Shown: positions 39,604 to 51,947 of the stretch, piece after piece
How the letters are laid out: the number at the start of each line of letters is the position of its first letter
Position numbering within the stretch: position 1 is the first letter of the stretch
Assembly (NCBI GenBank): GCA_013239625.1
Contig: MU054323.1
Coordinates: forward strand, 3,522,161 to 3,586,160
Direction of reading: 5' to 3'
Source of the DNA: Lama guanicoe
Lineage: Eukaryota
DNA: 64,000 nt
The notes under the pieces: generated by a model
What the model saw: the letters and a program-made list of their open reading frames with translations, nothing else
What the model was told of the DNA's origin: nothing
Databases searched by the model: none
Position numbers and translations under genes: made by a program

Positions 39604-40575
39604 TTTTAGAGCAATCAGGAGCTGCCCTATTGCCCACTGCTGCTTCCCCTGGCCTGACCCTGGGCTGGAAGACATGGGGTCTGATCAGAGTTCAATGCCC
39701 ACATTCTGAAGTTTAACAGTTTGGCTACGGTGGTTCTTCTGTGGGCCCAGCCTCTCTCTCTTAGGCCTGGGTCAAACTGGGTCACAATCATGGGACAAGG
39801 AGGGGTGTTTGAATTCTATGGCTTATAGCTGGAGACCCCAGAAAGCAGTTTGAAGGCTCAGCTATGTAACTCATGGCTGGTCCCAAATGGACCAGAAGGG
39901 ATCACTTTAGTTTTTCCACGTGAAATACCATGGCTAGATCAAGAAGAGTGTCTTCCTTTATAAAACTCATTGCACTGAGATAGAAGGTTAACAACTTTCC
40001 TAGGGACCTTAAACTATTTTTTAATTAGAAATATTTAAAAATCAAATGACTGCCAGGAACGTCTATGGTATAGCCGGTTTCCAGTAAAGTCTTCTTAGTA
40101 AGTGAATTATTATTACTTCTAATTTTACCAGAATATCCAATAGTGACTTTTTTCTAGCTGGGGAAAGAAAGCAGATGATTTTTGTGGTTAAAATTGTTTT
40201 ACATTTCTCTACATTATAATTAGGTTAAAGAAAATCCATTGTTATATAAATTAGTAAGTTTCCACAGCTGTTCTTCTAATCTCTTTCAGAAGCTACTATG
40301 TGACTAGGAAGGAATTAATTTTTTTAAGTGTATATGAAAAAAGTTACATGTGTGTATAAATATATATGTGAAGAATTTCTAAAGAAGCTACTTATAAAAC
40401 AAGTAGGGATTTTACATTCTGTGATAGATGTTAAAATAAAAATAGTTATAAAATGCATGTTTTTTGCCTAGATAAGGTTTTATATAATCATATATATCAT
40501 ATATAGAAAATATTTATAAAACGTTTTATATATAATTATATATTTTTATATTTTAAGTTAAAATGTTGTAAAGAT

Positions 40576-40593
40576 TGCCACAAGGTGGCACTA
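40576..40593 (+). promoter_or_regulatory. CTCF-like motif TGCCACAAGGTGGCACTA
   Basis: Matches CCACNAGGTGGCA; isolated in very AT-rich DNA 2.7 kb upstream of the RHOB promoter. Confidence 0.5.
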
Positions 40594-43189
40594 AAATCTA
40601 ATGACCATTCCAGTCTCTGGACTTGTCTACTAGGAGCTGGGATTTACAGATCTGTAGGAGACACTAGACAAAAAAAAGACCAAATAAATTACGCTGAAGA
40701 TTGGAGGTAGATTAACGTCTCCCTTTTGTCTGAAGGATATTTCCCTCTCTCACTAGGGATATCTGTGAATCTCTATGTTAATAAAGTTAACTATTAAAAT
40801 GATTTATTCTCCTAGATGATTCGATCTTACCCTTGCCCTTTGCAAGTGTATCGTAAAGGGAGAGGAGAGGCAGGGAGGAGACTGTTAGGCACATTACCTA
40901 GTCTGGAAAAGCTTATCCAGCGAGTGGTTTATCCAGTGAGTGAAGCAGCCCATCTCCCCAGAGCTTGTCAAAGTATCCTGGACATAAAAAATGAATACCA
41001 TGAAAAGAAGTTGCTGCAGAACATGGATTTTTCTACTTGTTTACTTTGGCATAATTTGCCAACTGAATATTTTTAGAAATTATTGTGATATTGAGAGTCA
41101 AGCTCGGAACACCTCATATAATATGCTTGAGAGTCAGGAAATGAGTGAATTGAATCACTCTTCCTGATTCTTTGTATTTCAGTTTTTTAAAAAATACATA
41201 AAACAAAGCTTTAATTGTTTGATATTTTCTTAATATTTGAAGCTTAAGGACATAGCCAAGATTCCCAAGCTATATTAAGACGAAGGAAAGCAGTATTAAC
41301 AATACAGCTATAAAAGGTTTTGACTAAAGGAAAAAAAATTTAGATAAGATTTTTCTAACAGACTAAAATTTAAAAAAGAAAAAAAAAAGTTACTGGATTG
41401 GAGCCTTAAACAAATGACCAAAAAAAAAAAAAACCAACAAAATCAAAAACCAGAGATGCTGGCATTATAATGTGGAGCTCATCCAATGTGAGGGAAGCAC
41501 TTTTGGTTGTGTGAATGAGGATGGGCTCTGGGGGTTAGTGGCACTGATGTCTTATTTGACCTGATTATATCTGTGATGTCCATGTAGAGACCCACATCTC
41601 AACATGTGAATCATAAATGAAAACATTATGGCTCAGTTACAGCTGGCAGCCTGGGCTTGGCTGGATGATTGGTAAAGCTGGGTCTGGAGTTTGAGGTAAG
41701 AGACCCCCAGAAAGTTTCACCTGAGTTCCTGAGCATTTTAAGTGAATTCTCCACAGTCATTTACTGATTCTCGAATAGGGCCAGGCATTGTGTTGGGTCT
41801 TCAAGATACTGACATTAAGACAGAATCTTTAAAAAAAAAAAAAGAATCTTTTTCAATTAAAAAAAAAAAAGAATCCTGGCTCTCTAACAGCTTCCAGTCA
41901 GACAGGGAGGTAGAAATATGAGGCAATCACCGCATCACGATGCAGTGGGTCTCTACTTTGTTGAAAAACTAATAATCATCCCACTGCCCCCAGAATGGAC
42001 ATGGCCCACCCAATCTGTGTAGTTGGTACTTCGCTTTTCCATGATTGGGCCCAAACTGAGTTTCAACTCCTTCCCTCCATCAAAGGCAGTCACACTAAGC
42101 TAGTCCCTGTTACTAGAATGTGTCATACGCTTTCCCACATCTCTGCTTTTGTTTAAGCTGTGCCTCTTTCCTGGAAGGTCCTCCCTCCTTCCATCTCCTT
42201 TCCTATCTCTTTTGTCCATTGAAATCCACTGACCTAGGTCTTTCTAGATCAGACATAGGTGTCATCTCCTGCAGTTGAGGCGGAATGGATGAATTGAGTC
42301 CTGGTGGGTAGCAGGAGACTGGGGATCTAGCACCCTACCAGATACTAATTTATTGCGTCTCAGCCTGCAAGGTTCTCCCCTCACTCGCCGGGGCCTCATC
42401 TCCTTCCTGCCCAATATGGAGTGGGGTGGTTAGATTTTTAATGTACTTTTACATTTGTACTTTTACTTCAGACAGTTCTCGGCCTTATGACCAGGATCCG
42501 AATTAATCCTGCAAACCAGGGCTGAAGCTGCCTTTTTTCTGCCTGCTGACTTTCTCCAAGTGGACCTTAAGTTCTGCAACCAGTCTCAACCTTCCCTTTT
42601 CACTGTTCCTCCTTCCCCTAATCTTCACCTAGAGACCTAGGCTAGATACCGAGAAGAGAGTTGGGCGAAAGGACTTGAAAGAGCCAGGGCCTCGGCCCAG
42701 GCCCATCCAGTTTACAGTCAGCCTCCCGCCTCACAAATCCAAACCCAGGGCTTCCCCAGGGCGAGTGCCTAGGTGGAGAGATGGCGGTGGCAGACTAGAC
42801 CAGGGGAGGGGCCGCTTCTAAAAGAAAGCGGGGAAAAAAAATACCCTTGCTTGGAAACAACCGGTGTGTGTGTTTATTTAAAAACAAAACCCTGTTAAAG
42901 GAGCCGCTTCTTCCCCCACAGGTCCGACCACCCGCTGAGAGTTTGCGAAGCAAGTGGGCCAATTCTGAGTGGGGAGGGAGTCGTCAACGCCCCCACGAAG
43001 TGCCGCCTGTCTCGGAACGGCTCGTCCAGCCCCCGCGGGATCCGGGCAGCTAGCTCCGGGCCTCCAGCCCCGCGTGCAGAGGCTGCGGCGGACAGAACCC
43101 TGGAGCCGCCAGAGCCCCGCAGCGCCAGCAGCGGCGCAGACTCCCCAGTCATCGCCTCTCCCAGCCCCGCGGCCTGGGCCGTCAATCAA

Positions 43190-43320
43190 GTCCGCCCGAC
43201 CCCGCCCCTGGGCTGCAGCCGACAGCCAATCAGAGCCAAGCTCCGCAGAGATGAGCTCAGCCGGCTCGCTTCCCATTGGGCGGCTATATTAAGAAAGTGG
43301 CAGAACTCCTTAAATAGCGG
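43190..43320 (+). promoter_or_regulatory. RHOB: RHOB core promoter: GC boxes, CCAAT (43226-43230), inverted CCAAT ATTGG (43275-43279), TATA-like TATATTAA (43285-43292) and TTAAATA (43310-43316)
   Basis: Motifs read directly; CCAAT/NF-Y-dependent induction of RHOB is established. Confidence 0.75.
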
Positions 43321-43712
43321 GCGCTAGGGCCGCAGCCTGCATCTGCCACCGCAGTCCGGCTGTTATATTCCGCTCTCCTGAACCTTTGGCGGGGTAGAGA
43401 GAGCTAGGAGCGAGTTAGGTCGGGTCGACTGCTCTGGCCACAGTTTGCGCACAAAGGCCGCGACCTGGGAAGACGAGAGCGGCCACCGCCCGGGAGCAGC
43501 GCCGAGACGCACGGTGCGCCTTATGCCCCCGCGTCCCCACCGACCCCGCCGCGGCAGACTGAGCACAGCGAGAGAACGCGCCACTCCGGGGCCTGGGTGC
43601 ACCTAGCGACCCCTTTCCCCAAGCGGGCTGCCAGAGGTGAGCAGTGAGCGGCGAGCGGGACGGCAGCGAGGCGTTCGCGGGCCCCCTCTTGCTGCCCGGG
43701 CCCGGCCCGCTC

Positions 43713-44303
43713 ATGGCGGCCATCCGCAAGAAGCTGGTGGTGGTGGGCGACGGCGCGTGTGGCAAGACGTGCCTGCTGATCGTGTTCAGTAAGGACGAGT
43801 TCCCGGAGGTATACGTGCCCACCGTCTTCGAGAACTATGTGGCCGACATCGAGGTGGACGGCAAGCAGGTGGAGCTGGCGCTGTGGGATACGGCAGGCCA
43901 GGAGGACTACGACCGCCTGCGGCCGCTCTCCTACCCGGACACCGACGTGATCCTCATGTGCTTCTCAGTGGACAGCCCGGATTCGCTGGAGAACATCCCC
44001 GAGAAATGGGTGCCTGAGGTGAAGCACTTCTGCCCCAACGTGCCCATCATCCTGGTGGCCAACAAGAAAGACCTGCGCAGCGACGAACATGTCCGCACAG
44101 AGCTGGCCCGCATGAAGCAGGAACCGGTGCGCACGGATGACGGCCGCGCCATGGCCGTGCGGATCCAAGCCTACGACTACCTCGAGTGCTCGGCCAAGAC
44201 CAAGGAGGGCGTGCGCGAGGTCTTCGAGACGGCCACGCGCGCCGCGCTGCAGAAGCGCTACGGCTCCCAGAACGGCTGCATCAACTGCTGCAAGGTGCTA
44301 TGA
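43713..44303 (+). CDS. RHOB: Rho-related GTP-binding protein RhoB, single exon, 196 aa
   Basis: [19 protein letters not shown]...[16 protein letters not shown]...NKKD...GCINCCKVL; RhoB-specific CKVL CAAX end; intronless; ORF fully intact. Confidence 0.99.
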
Positions 44304-45659
44304 GGGCCGTGCCCGCCCTTCCTGCCCCTGCCGGCACGGCCCCCCCTCCCGGGCCCGTTCCCCACGAGCCCGGAGAAGGGGAGACCTGCGCCCCCCAAGG
44401 ACCCCACCGGACTGCCTGGCGTCTGCCTTCCGGCCCTGCAGCCGTGGCCTGGAGGCGCTGGCTCTGGCGCCGGGAATCGGCGTGGTAGGCACTGGGCGCC
44501 CCCTTTCCAAGTGTCTGTGTGCGTCCGGCTGTGTTGCACAGGCCTGGGCGCCCCGCTGAGTGCCAAGGGTCCCCTGAACACCCTTATCTGAAAAGCCAAG
44601 CCTCTTCAGAGTGTGTGGCTGTGTGTTTGTTCGACCCCCCCGCCCCCACCTCGTTTTCACCCCACTTCTGCCTCTGCTCCCCGAGACAAGCTTGGCGCCG
44701 GGATGCGGCCGCGCCCCATCAGATGTTCGCCCATAACCAGCGAGCGCCTGCTATCCCCTGTCTGTAACATAGACCACGGGAACTGCGGGAGGGGAGGGCT
44801 GGGGAGGATGGGGTGTTATATAAATATAGATATAATTTTATTTTCGGAGGTAGGATGGTGTTATTTAATGGTGGTGGTGGGTGGAGTGACAGGGCGCTAG
44901 AACAGCCCAGGCCCAGTCTGGGACAGCCAGCGTCCATCCAAGCACGAACAAGACTTGGCCATCTTTCCAACCCCCGGGGAAGACATTTGCAGCCGACTTG
45001 GGGCTAAGAGGACAGCTTCCAGACTCACGTCTCCTGCAAGCCAGGCCCTGGTGAACCCCTCACTAGCCACAGGCAGGAGGAGGGTGCGTGTGCTGCAGGT
45101 TGTTTTTGCCATAAGAGAACTTTGTGCCTGTCCTACAAGTGAAAGTTGTTCAGTCCAAGAAACTGATGTTATTTGATTTATTTAAAGGCTAAATCTTGTT
45201 TTTGTTTATTGTTTTATTTTGGAAAGAATTCTTTGCACAATTGTTTCATTGTTTGACACTTAATGCACTTGTCATTTGCAAAAGGCGGTAGCATTCTGAC
45301 CACACTCGTACACTGTAACCTCATCTACTTCTGATGTTTTTTTTAAAAATGATGGTGACTTAAAAGGGAGAAGAAAAAGAAACCACTAATTTTTTCTTTT
45401 CTTGAAAAAGTGGCAACACTGTTCTGTTCTGTGATTTACTTGTGCAGGTCTGCGCACTATTTTGATAAAAGGGCAGTAACAAATATTAGGGCCTATCTAA
45501 AACCATTTTTTTTCCCACAAGGCAGTCTCTAAAGCTGTGTGAAATTTTCTCTGCATCTCTGTACAGAGAACGAACCTGCCCCTAGTGTCTCCTTTCTCCC
45601 CTTCCCTTCCCCACCCAGTGGTACTTCTACTAAATTGTTGTCTTGTTTTTTATTTTTTA

Positions 45660-45751
45660 AATAAACTGACAAATGACAAAGTGGTGAGCTTATGATGTTT
45701 ACATAAAAGTTCTATAAGCTGTGTATACAGTTTTTTATGTAAAATATTAAA
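45660..45751 (+). terminator. RHOB: RHOB poly(A) signals: AATAAA (45660-45665) and ATTAAA (45746-45751)
   Basis: Hexamers at the end of a ~1.4 kb AU-rich 3'UTR. Confidence 0.7.
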
Positions 45752-47656
45752 AGACTATGATGATGACATTTATAAAATGGCTCCTGTGGTTTAATAGCGT
45801 GTAAAAATACTTTTGTGAATTTGGGGGCAAGGGAATAATTCTGCCAGGTGAGGCCCCACCTTACAGTGTTTGTGGGAAATGGGAATGAAATTCCTTTGGT
45901 GGGGGGTAGGAGGGACATGTGGGAGTTGGGTGGCTGTAGGAGACCAGGTTGCTCTTGTCCCAGGCCTGGAGGTTACCCAGGCACTCGGTGCCAAAACCTT
46001 TGACCTAATATGTATTGTCTGTGTGTCTTAAACACTTGTGTCTTAAGTGTGTTACAGGGCCTTTACTTCCTATTCTTTGAAATGGGAAGGATTTAGATAA
46101 CTTTTGTTATTGTTTATCATGGGTGTGCGGCCAGATTCTCTAGAAGGCTGGTTACTGAGTTCCCTTCAGATCCTTAAGGGGTTTCATAGTACCTAGGAGA
46201 TGATAAGTTATCTTTGGGGCTGGAGCTCCTGGGGGGAAGTTGGGGAAGAGTCCAAATTAGGAGCTGATTGTTCTATTATTAAACTTTCATCTGAATGTGT
46301 GTCTGTGCAGAACCTAGAATGCTTCATTCTAAGTACCAAGAGTGGCCGCATTACAGACAGAACACTAGAGGTTTTGGGTGGTGGTTATTTGAAGTTGGAG
46401 CAGCCAGGCTTTGAGACGTGATCATGATGAGCTCTAATTTCAGACACATAGCCTGCTACAGTGGGACTCAGAGCCAGACAGGCAGATTTATCCTTGGAGA
46501 CCACAGTAAAATCTTGCTACAGTTATGATGACTCAAACCTGCCAGCTCTCAGCAGTTTCTAGGGAAGGTGGTAGACAGTGCCAACCTTTCCCAACTACCT
46601 AAGACGTGTGGTTTTTGTTTTTGGAATCAACACTTTGAGTTTCTAGACCTTAGTTGCCCCCACCAGCCACCCCCAGGAGCAGAAACAAGAAGGTCCCTTT
46701 TGAAGCTGTTTGCTGTTTGCTTTAAAGCTTGAGGTTTCTGGTTTCTTCGTCTTTCCCCAAACTCCCAAGAGCTTTTGTTTCGTGAGGCAAACCTGGTTGC
46801 TGGTGACTATTCACCTACTTAAAAAAACCAAAACACCACATTAGTCACAGGGCCTCCTGCACAGCCAGGCTCATTGGCCAATAGAGGGGAATTGTCCGGG
46901 CTGTTCTAGGTACGGAGCAAGGAGCGGTTCCACCCAGGTGGCTTCTCTGAGCCACTGCCCCATCCTTTCCTCAGTTCCACTCACCTCCATCCCCCAGCCT
47001 ACTTCTTCCTCTTCATTTTAAAGACAAAACTTTCCATTGAAAAATGAAATGTTGATTTGCAGATTTCACAGCTAGCAAATCCTTTGGTACCAGGGAGTGC
47101 AGGCTTGGGCTTAATGCCCAGGACTCAGCTTTGCAACCAGCCAAGAGCCTGAAGACGCAGTCCCCTGAAAGGGCCTTTTCTGGGTTTCCTGCCTGCTCCA
47201 ATCTGCCTGGTACCTACAGCTGTCTGTTTGGTTTTTTTTTTTTTTTAATTTTAGGAAGACAACTACCCAAATGACACATGGCAACATGAATTATGCTTGT
47301 TTTAAAATGCATGGCATTTAATAATCCTGCTGGAACACTCTTCTTGCTGTATTAGATCCAACTGGAAAATATAAAGACGAATTACTGTAGGCTGGAAAAT
47401 CAATTAGAAAAAAAGAGGTAAAACATCTGGTGTTACTCTTAGGATATGAGAATTCATTTTACACATTTAAAATAAATGTGCTGAGTTCATTTAATTGCCT
47501 GTTGAATGGTTTCGTGGAGAACAGTTGGGTGTTTCATTGATCCTGGGAATTTCATAACAAGGGGCATTGGCTTGGGTTCTTGTTTAATCTTAATTTTAAA
47601 TCAATCTGGATTGTATTTCTAAGGTCTTTTTCACATGTGTTTCAGTGTACTTAGAA

Positions 47657-47812
47657 CAGTGGTTTTCAAACTTAAGCATGTATTAGAGTCACATGGAGGG
47701 CTGGTTAAATCACAGATGGCTGGGCCTAGTTTCCAGTCTGATCAGTAGGTCTGGGTGGGAACAAGTGATGCTGATGCTGCTGGTCTAGGGACCACACTTT
47801 GAGAACTGCTGG
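47657..47812. mobile_element. MER5A-like hAT element
   Basis: CAGTGGTTTTCAAACTT..TCAGTAGGTCTGGG..GACCACACTTTGAGAACTGCTG. Confidence 0.75.
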
Positions 47813-49037
47813 CTTAGACTAAGGGAGAGTCCTCGTCAGTGCACAGAGGAGGGAGGTCGCTTCAGGAGGAAGGTAAATCCCATTCTCTAGGCTGAGGTGT
47901 AGTGCCCTGTGGTCCTTGCGTCCTTCCCTGCCTTAGGGAGAGCAGCACTTTCAGAGAGTTTTCCTTCCAGGATGAACCACACATGACCCCTGTATTTTCT
48001 TCTCCACGTTCCTGTGCAAAAGGGGGTTTAATGCCCTTCTAGAGGTTTATTTCTGGCACGCCTGAATTTAGGGTGCAACAGCACACTGGAACTCATTTAG
48101 CATCGACACCTCCTTTGTCAGCTCTGCTGAGACAAGGGATACAAAAGCAAATAGGACAGTCCTTGCCCTGGTGGGCCAGGCAGTTCTGGGAATGCATTCA
48201 CCCAGCATGCTCAAATGGACGCATTAGGCCCAGGGCACCACAGGAGCCCAGGGGAAGTTGAGGAGGGCCTCATGGAGGAGGAGACATTTGAGCTGAGTCT
48301 TAAAGCAGGAGTGAGTGATGTGCAGATGGGAGATACAGCTTCTTTGTATTACTGTGGGGCCCGGCCTCTGGGAAATAAAGCTGTCTTGGGTGAGAACTAC
48401 TTTCTACTTTTAGCCCCTCTGGCATACATTTCTTCAGTCAAGAAAAATGGTGTTACCCAGCCAAGTCAAACACAGCCTCTCCCCGGCCCTCCCTGTCTAC
48501 CCGCTGGCCAGGAGAGAAGGTTGGTGATGATGCTTTCATTGTTTTCTCTGTGCTTCCCAGGGATGCGGGGAGGACACAAGGGCCTGCTTTGTGATAACTG
48601 TGCTCCTGGGAAACATGCAGCCTGGTCTCAAGGAGGCTGAGGCCCCACAAAGGCACCTTGTACGCCAGCCTCTCGGGGGACAGACCCTTAATCACTCTAC
48701 TTGGTCTGTCTTCTGGCTGAAGCGAGAAACTGGGCATGCAGTCTGCTTCCTCGACTCTCAGCAGCCCCTTTCCTGGCCTGGGAGGAAAGAATCTGGAAGG
48801 CCCCAGTTCATTCCTTCCAAATATCTATTGTTGACTAAAGGACTCTGCGCCTGGCACTGTGCTAGAAGCTGGGGACCCAGTAGACAAACTGGCAGGTGTG
48901 GTCCCTCCCCTCACAGAGCTTTCAGTCTCTATGTATGTCTAAACAAGTCATGATGATGGTGATGATGACAATAGATAATATTTGCTGACTAGTGAGCGGG
49001 CACTGATCTAAGCTCTTTATGTGTATTGTTTATGTCT

Positions 49038-49400
49038 GTGTTAGTTATCTATTGTTATATAACAAATTATCCCCAAACTTGGTGGTTTAGAACACCTATG
49101 ACTTTACTGTTTCTGTGAGTCAGGAGTCCAGGAACAGCTCAGCTGAGTCCTCTGGCTCAGGGTTTTCTTAAATCTGTAATCAAGGTGTTGGCTGGGGTTG
49201 GGTTTATCTCCAGGCTCGACTGGGGAAGGGTCTGCTCCCTGGCTCACTCATATGGCTGCTAGCAGGATTCAGTTCCTCCCTGGCTGAGGCCTCCTTTGAG
49301 CAGGTAGTGGAGACACATTCCAGGGCTGCTGGCCACCCTCCTTGCCATGTGGGTCTCTCCGTGGGACAGTCCAACATGGAAGCTTGCTTCATCACATCAA
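49038..49400 (-). mobile_element. MLT1-like MaLR LTR fragment
   Basis: TTAGTTATCTATTG..TAACAAATTATCCCCAAACTT..TTTCTGTGAGTCAGGAGTCCAG.. Confidence 0.65.
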
Positions 49401-49477
49401 GAAGCACTTCCTGAAACAGGAACTGTGGTCTCAGCAAGTACACCTTAGGCAACAGGAAAAAGGGGCTCCTTCTTCTC

Positions 49478-51947
49478 TTTGAGGAACCACTCTAAGTGAA
49501 TTTTTTTTTTAATATTAAAAAAAATTTGGAAGGAGAGGTGATTATGTTTACTTATTTATGTCTTTTAATGGAGGTAGTGGGGACTGAACGCAGGACCTTG
49601 TGCATGCTAAGCACACACTCTACCACTGAGCTATACACTCCCTCCACTTCTAAGTGAATTTAAGGTATTGCTGGGTGCTGATGGGGCGTGGGGAGGGAGG
49701 GAGACCTCTGCTCTCGTTGGGAAGAGTATTGTCCATGTCTGGGTAGGTGGGAAAGAAAAGCAGTACTTCTGAGGTTTCCATCATGGTGGTCTGAGCTGGA
49801 ATCAGCACAAGTATCCCCAGGATAAAGGCATTCTGGGATGAGCCATTGTTGTGATCCTCAACCCTCCCTTTTTATATAGAGGTTGATTTCCTTGTTGCCA
49901 ACCACAAATCAGGACAGTTATGAGACACAGTCTGGCACACAGTGGGTGGGTTTATGGGCAGCTGAGTAAAGGGAGCCATCAGGGTACAGGTGACAATGGA
50001 AGCCTTGGAGAAGGAGCAAGATGGTCCATGAAGAGTATGTGGAGTGAGAGGAGACTGTAAGCCAGGTCATAATCTCCATGATGAGCAAGAGAGGGCACGT
50101 CTGCTCCGTCACTGCTGTGCTTCTAAGGCCTAATAGGTGCTGGGCATGCATAAGGACCTCAATAAATAGTAGTTGACTGAATGAACTGATTAAAGAAAAG
50201 ACAGAAATTTAGGGAGCACCAACTTCTATGAGACCCAAGGAAGTGACAAAGATTGGGAACAGCTGCTGTGGGGAATGAGAGGAAGGTCATTTAAAGAATG
50301 ACTGGGCTACATGGGGGGGGTCCAAGAATCCTGGATACTCAGAATAAAGCAGGTAAATCACTCTGTTTTGACATGGTTATGTGTGATGCAGCAATGACAA
50401 GTAATCAGCTGTTTTCAGTGCCACGGCTGAGTCCGAAGAAGTTAAGAAAGTGTTCCCAGATTTTGGGCACTGACAACACCCACTGAGAGACATCCCTACC
50501 CTAGCAGAAATCACGGTGTGTTCAGCCCAGCAAGGTCCCCAGCGAAGTACTCCCAGGGGTCCTGAGATGAGCAGGTAGTGGAAGCACATTTCCAGAGCTG
50601 CTGGCCACCCTCCCCAGGACCAGCTGGAGGGGCTTAGCAGTCGGTCGTTGCCATGGGCTGAGCTTGGAGCATCAGGAGAAGCTGGGCAGTTTGGGATTCC
50701 AGGTAGGGAGCTATTTGAGGAACCACTCTAAGTGAATTTTTTTTTAATATTAAAAAAAATTTGGAAGGAGAGGTGATTATGTTTACTTATTTATGTCTTT
50801 TAATGGAGGTAGTGGGGACTGAACGCAGGACCTTGTGCATGCTAAGCACACACTCTACCACTGAGCTATACACTCCCTCCACTTCTAAGTGAATTTAAGG
50901 TATTGCTGGGTGCTGATGGGGCGTGGGGAGGGAGGGAGACCTCTGCTCTCGTTGGGAAGAGTATTGTCCATGTCTGGGTAGGTGGGAAAGAAAAGCAGTA
51001 CTTCTGAGGTTTCCATCATGGTGGTCTGAGCTGGAATCAGCACAAGTATCCCCAGGATAAAGGCATTCTGGGATGAGCCATTGTTGTGATCCTCAACCCT
51101 CCCTTTTTATATGGAGGTTGATTTCCTTGTTGCCAACCACAAATCAGGACAGTTATGAGACACAGTCTGGCACACAGTGGGTGGGTTTATGGGCAGCTGA
51201 GTAAAGGGAGCCATCAGGGTACAGGTGACAATGGAAGCCTTGGAGAAGGAGCAAGATGGTCCATGAAGAGTATGTGGAGTGAGAGGAGACTGTAAGCCAG
51301 GTCATAATCTCCATGATGAGCAAGAGAGGGCACGTCTGCTCTGTCACTGCTGTGCTTCTAAGGCCTAATAGGTGCTGGGCATGCATAAGGACCTCAATAA
51401 ATAGTAGTTGACTGAATGAACTGATTAAAGAAAAGACAGAAATTTAGGGAGCACCAACTTCTATGAGACCCAAGGAAGTGACAAAGATTGGGAACAGCTG
51501 CTGTGGGGAATGAGAGGAAGGTCATTTAAAGAATGACTGGGCTACATGGGGGGGGTCCAAGAATCCTGGATACTCAGAATAAAGCAGGTAAATCACTCTG
51601 TTTTGACATGGTTATGTGTGATGCAGCAATGACAAGTAATCAGCTGTTTTCAGTGCCACGGCAGAGTCCGAAGAAGTTAAGAAAGTGTTCCCAGATTTTG
51701 GGCACTGACAACACCCACTGAGAGACATCCTTACCCTAGCAGAAATCACGGTGTGTTCAGCCCAGCAAGGTCCCCAGCGAAGTACTCCCAGGGGTCCTGA
51801 GATGAGCAGGTAGTGGAAGCACATTTCCAGAGCTGCTGGCCACCCTCCCCAGGACCAGCTGGAGGGGCTTAGCAGTCGGTCGTTGCCATGGGCTGAGCTT
51901 GGAGCATCAGAAGAAGCTGGGCAGTTTGGGATTCCAGGTAGGGAGCT
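49478..51947 (+). repeat. Tandem duplication of a ~1235-bp unit (49478-50712 and 50714-51947)
   Basis: Identical ORFs at offset 1235; about 5 substitutions and one poly-T length difference seen by eye. Confidence 0.97.
49504..49648 (-). mobile_element. Vic-1-like SINE; duplicated copy at ~50739-50883
   Basis: TGTGCATGCTAAGCACACACTCTACCACTGAGCTATA; TSD TCTAAGTGAATTT. Confidence 0.85.

Larger units (their letters stand above)
42960..44560. promoter_or_regulatory. RHOB: CpG island covering the RHOB promoter and CDS
   Basis: Visibly very high GC and CpG density compared with the rest of the window. Confidence 0.85.

Noticed and set aside
43644..43712. 23-aa N-terminal extension of RHOB in the ORF track
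   Set aside because: It begins at GTG, not ATG. The canonical start MAAIRKK at 43713 has good context, and there is no evidence for non-AUG initiation.
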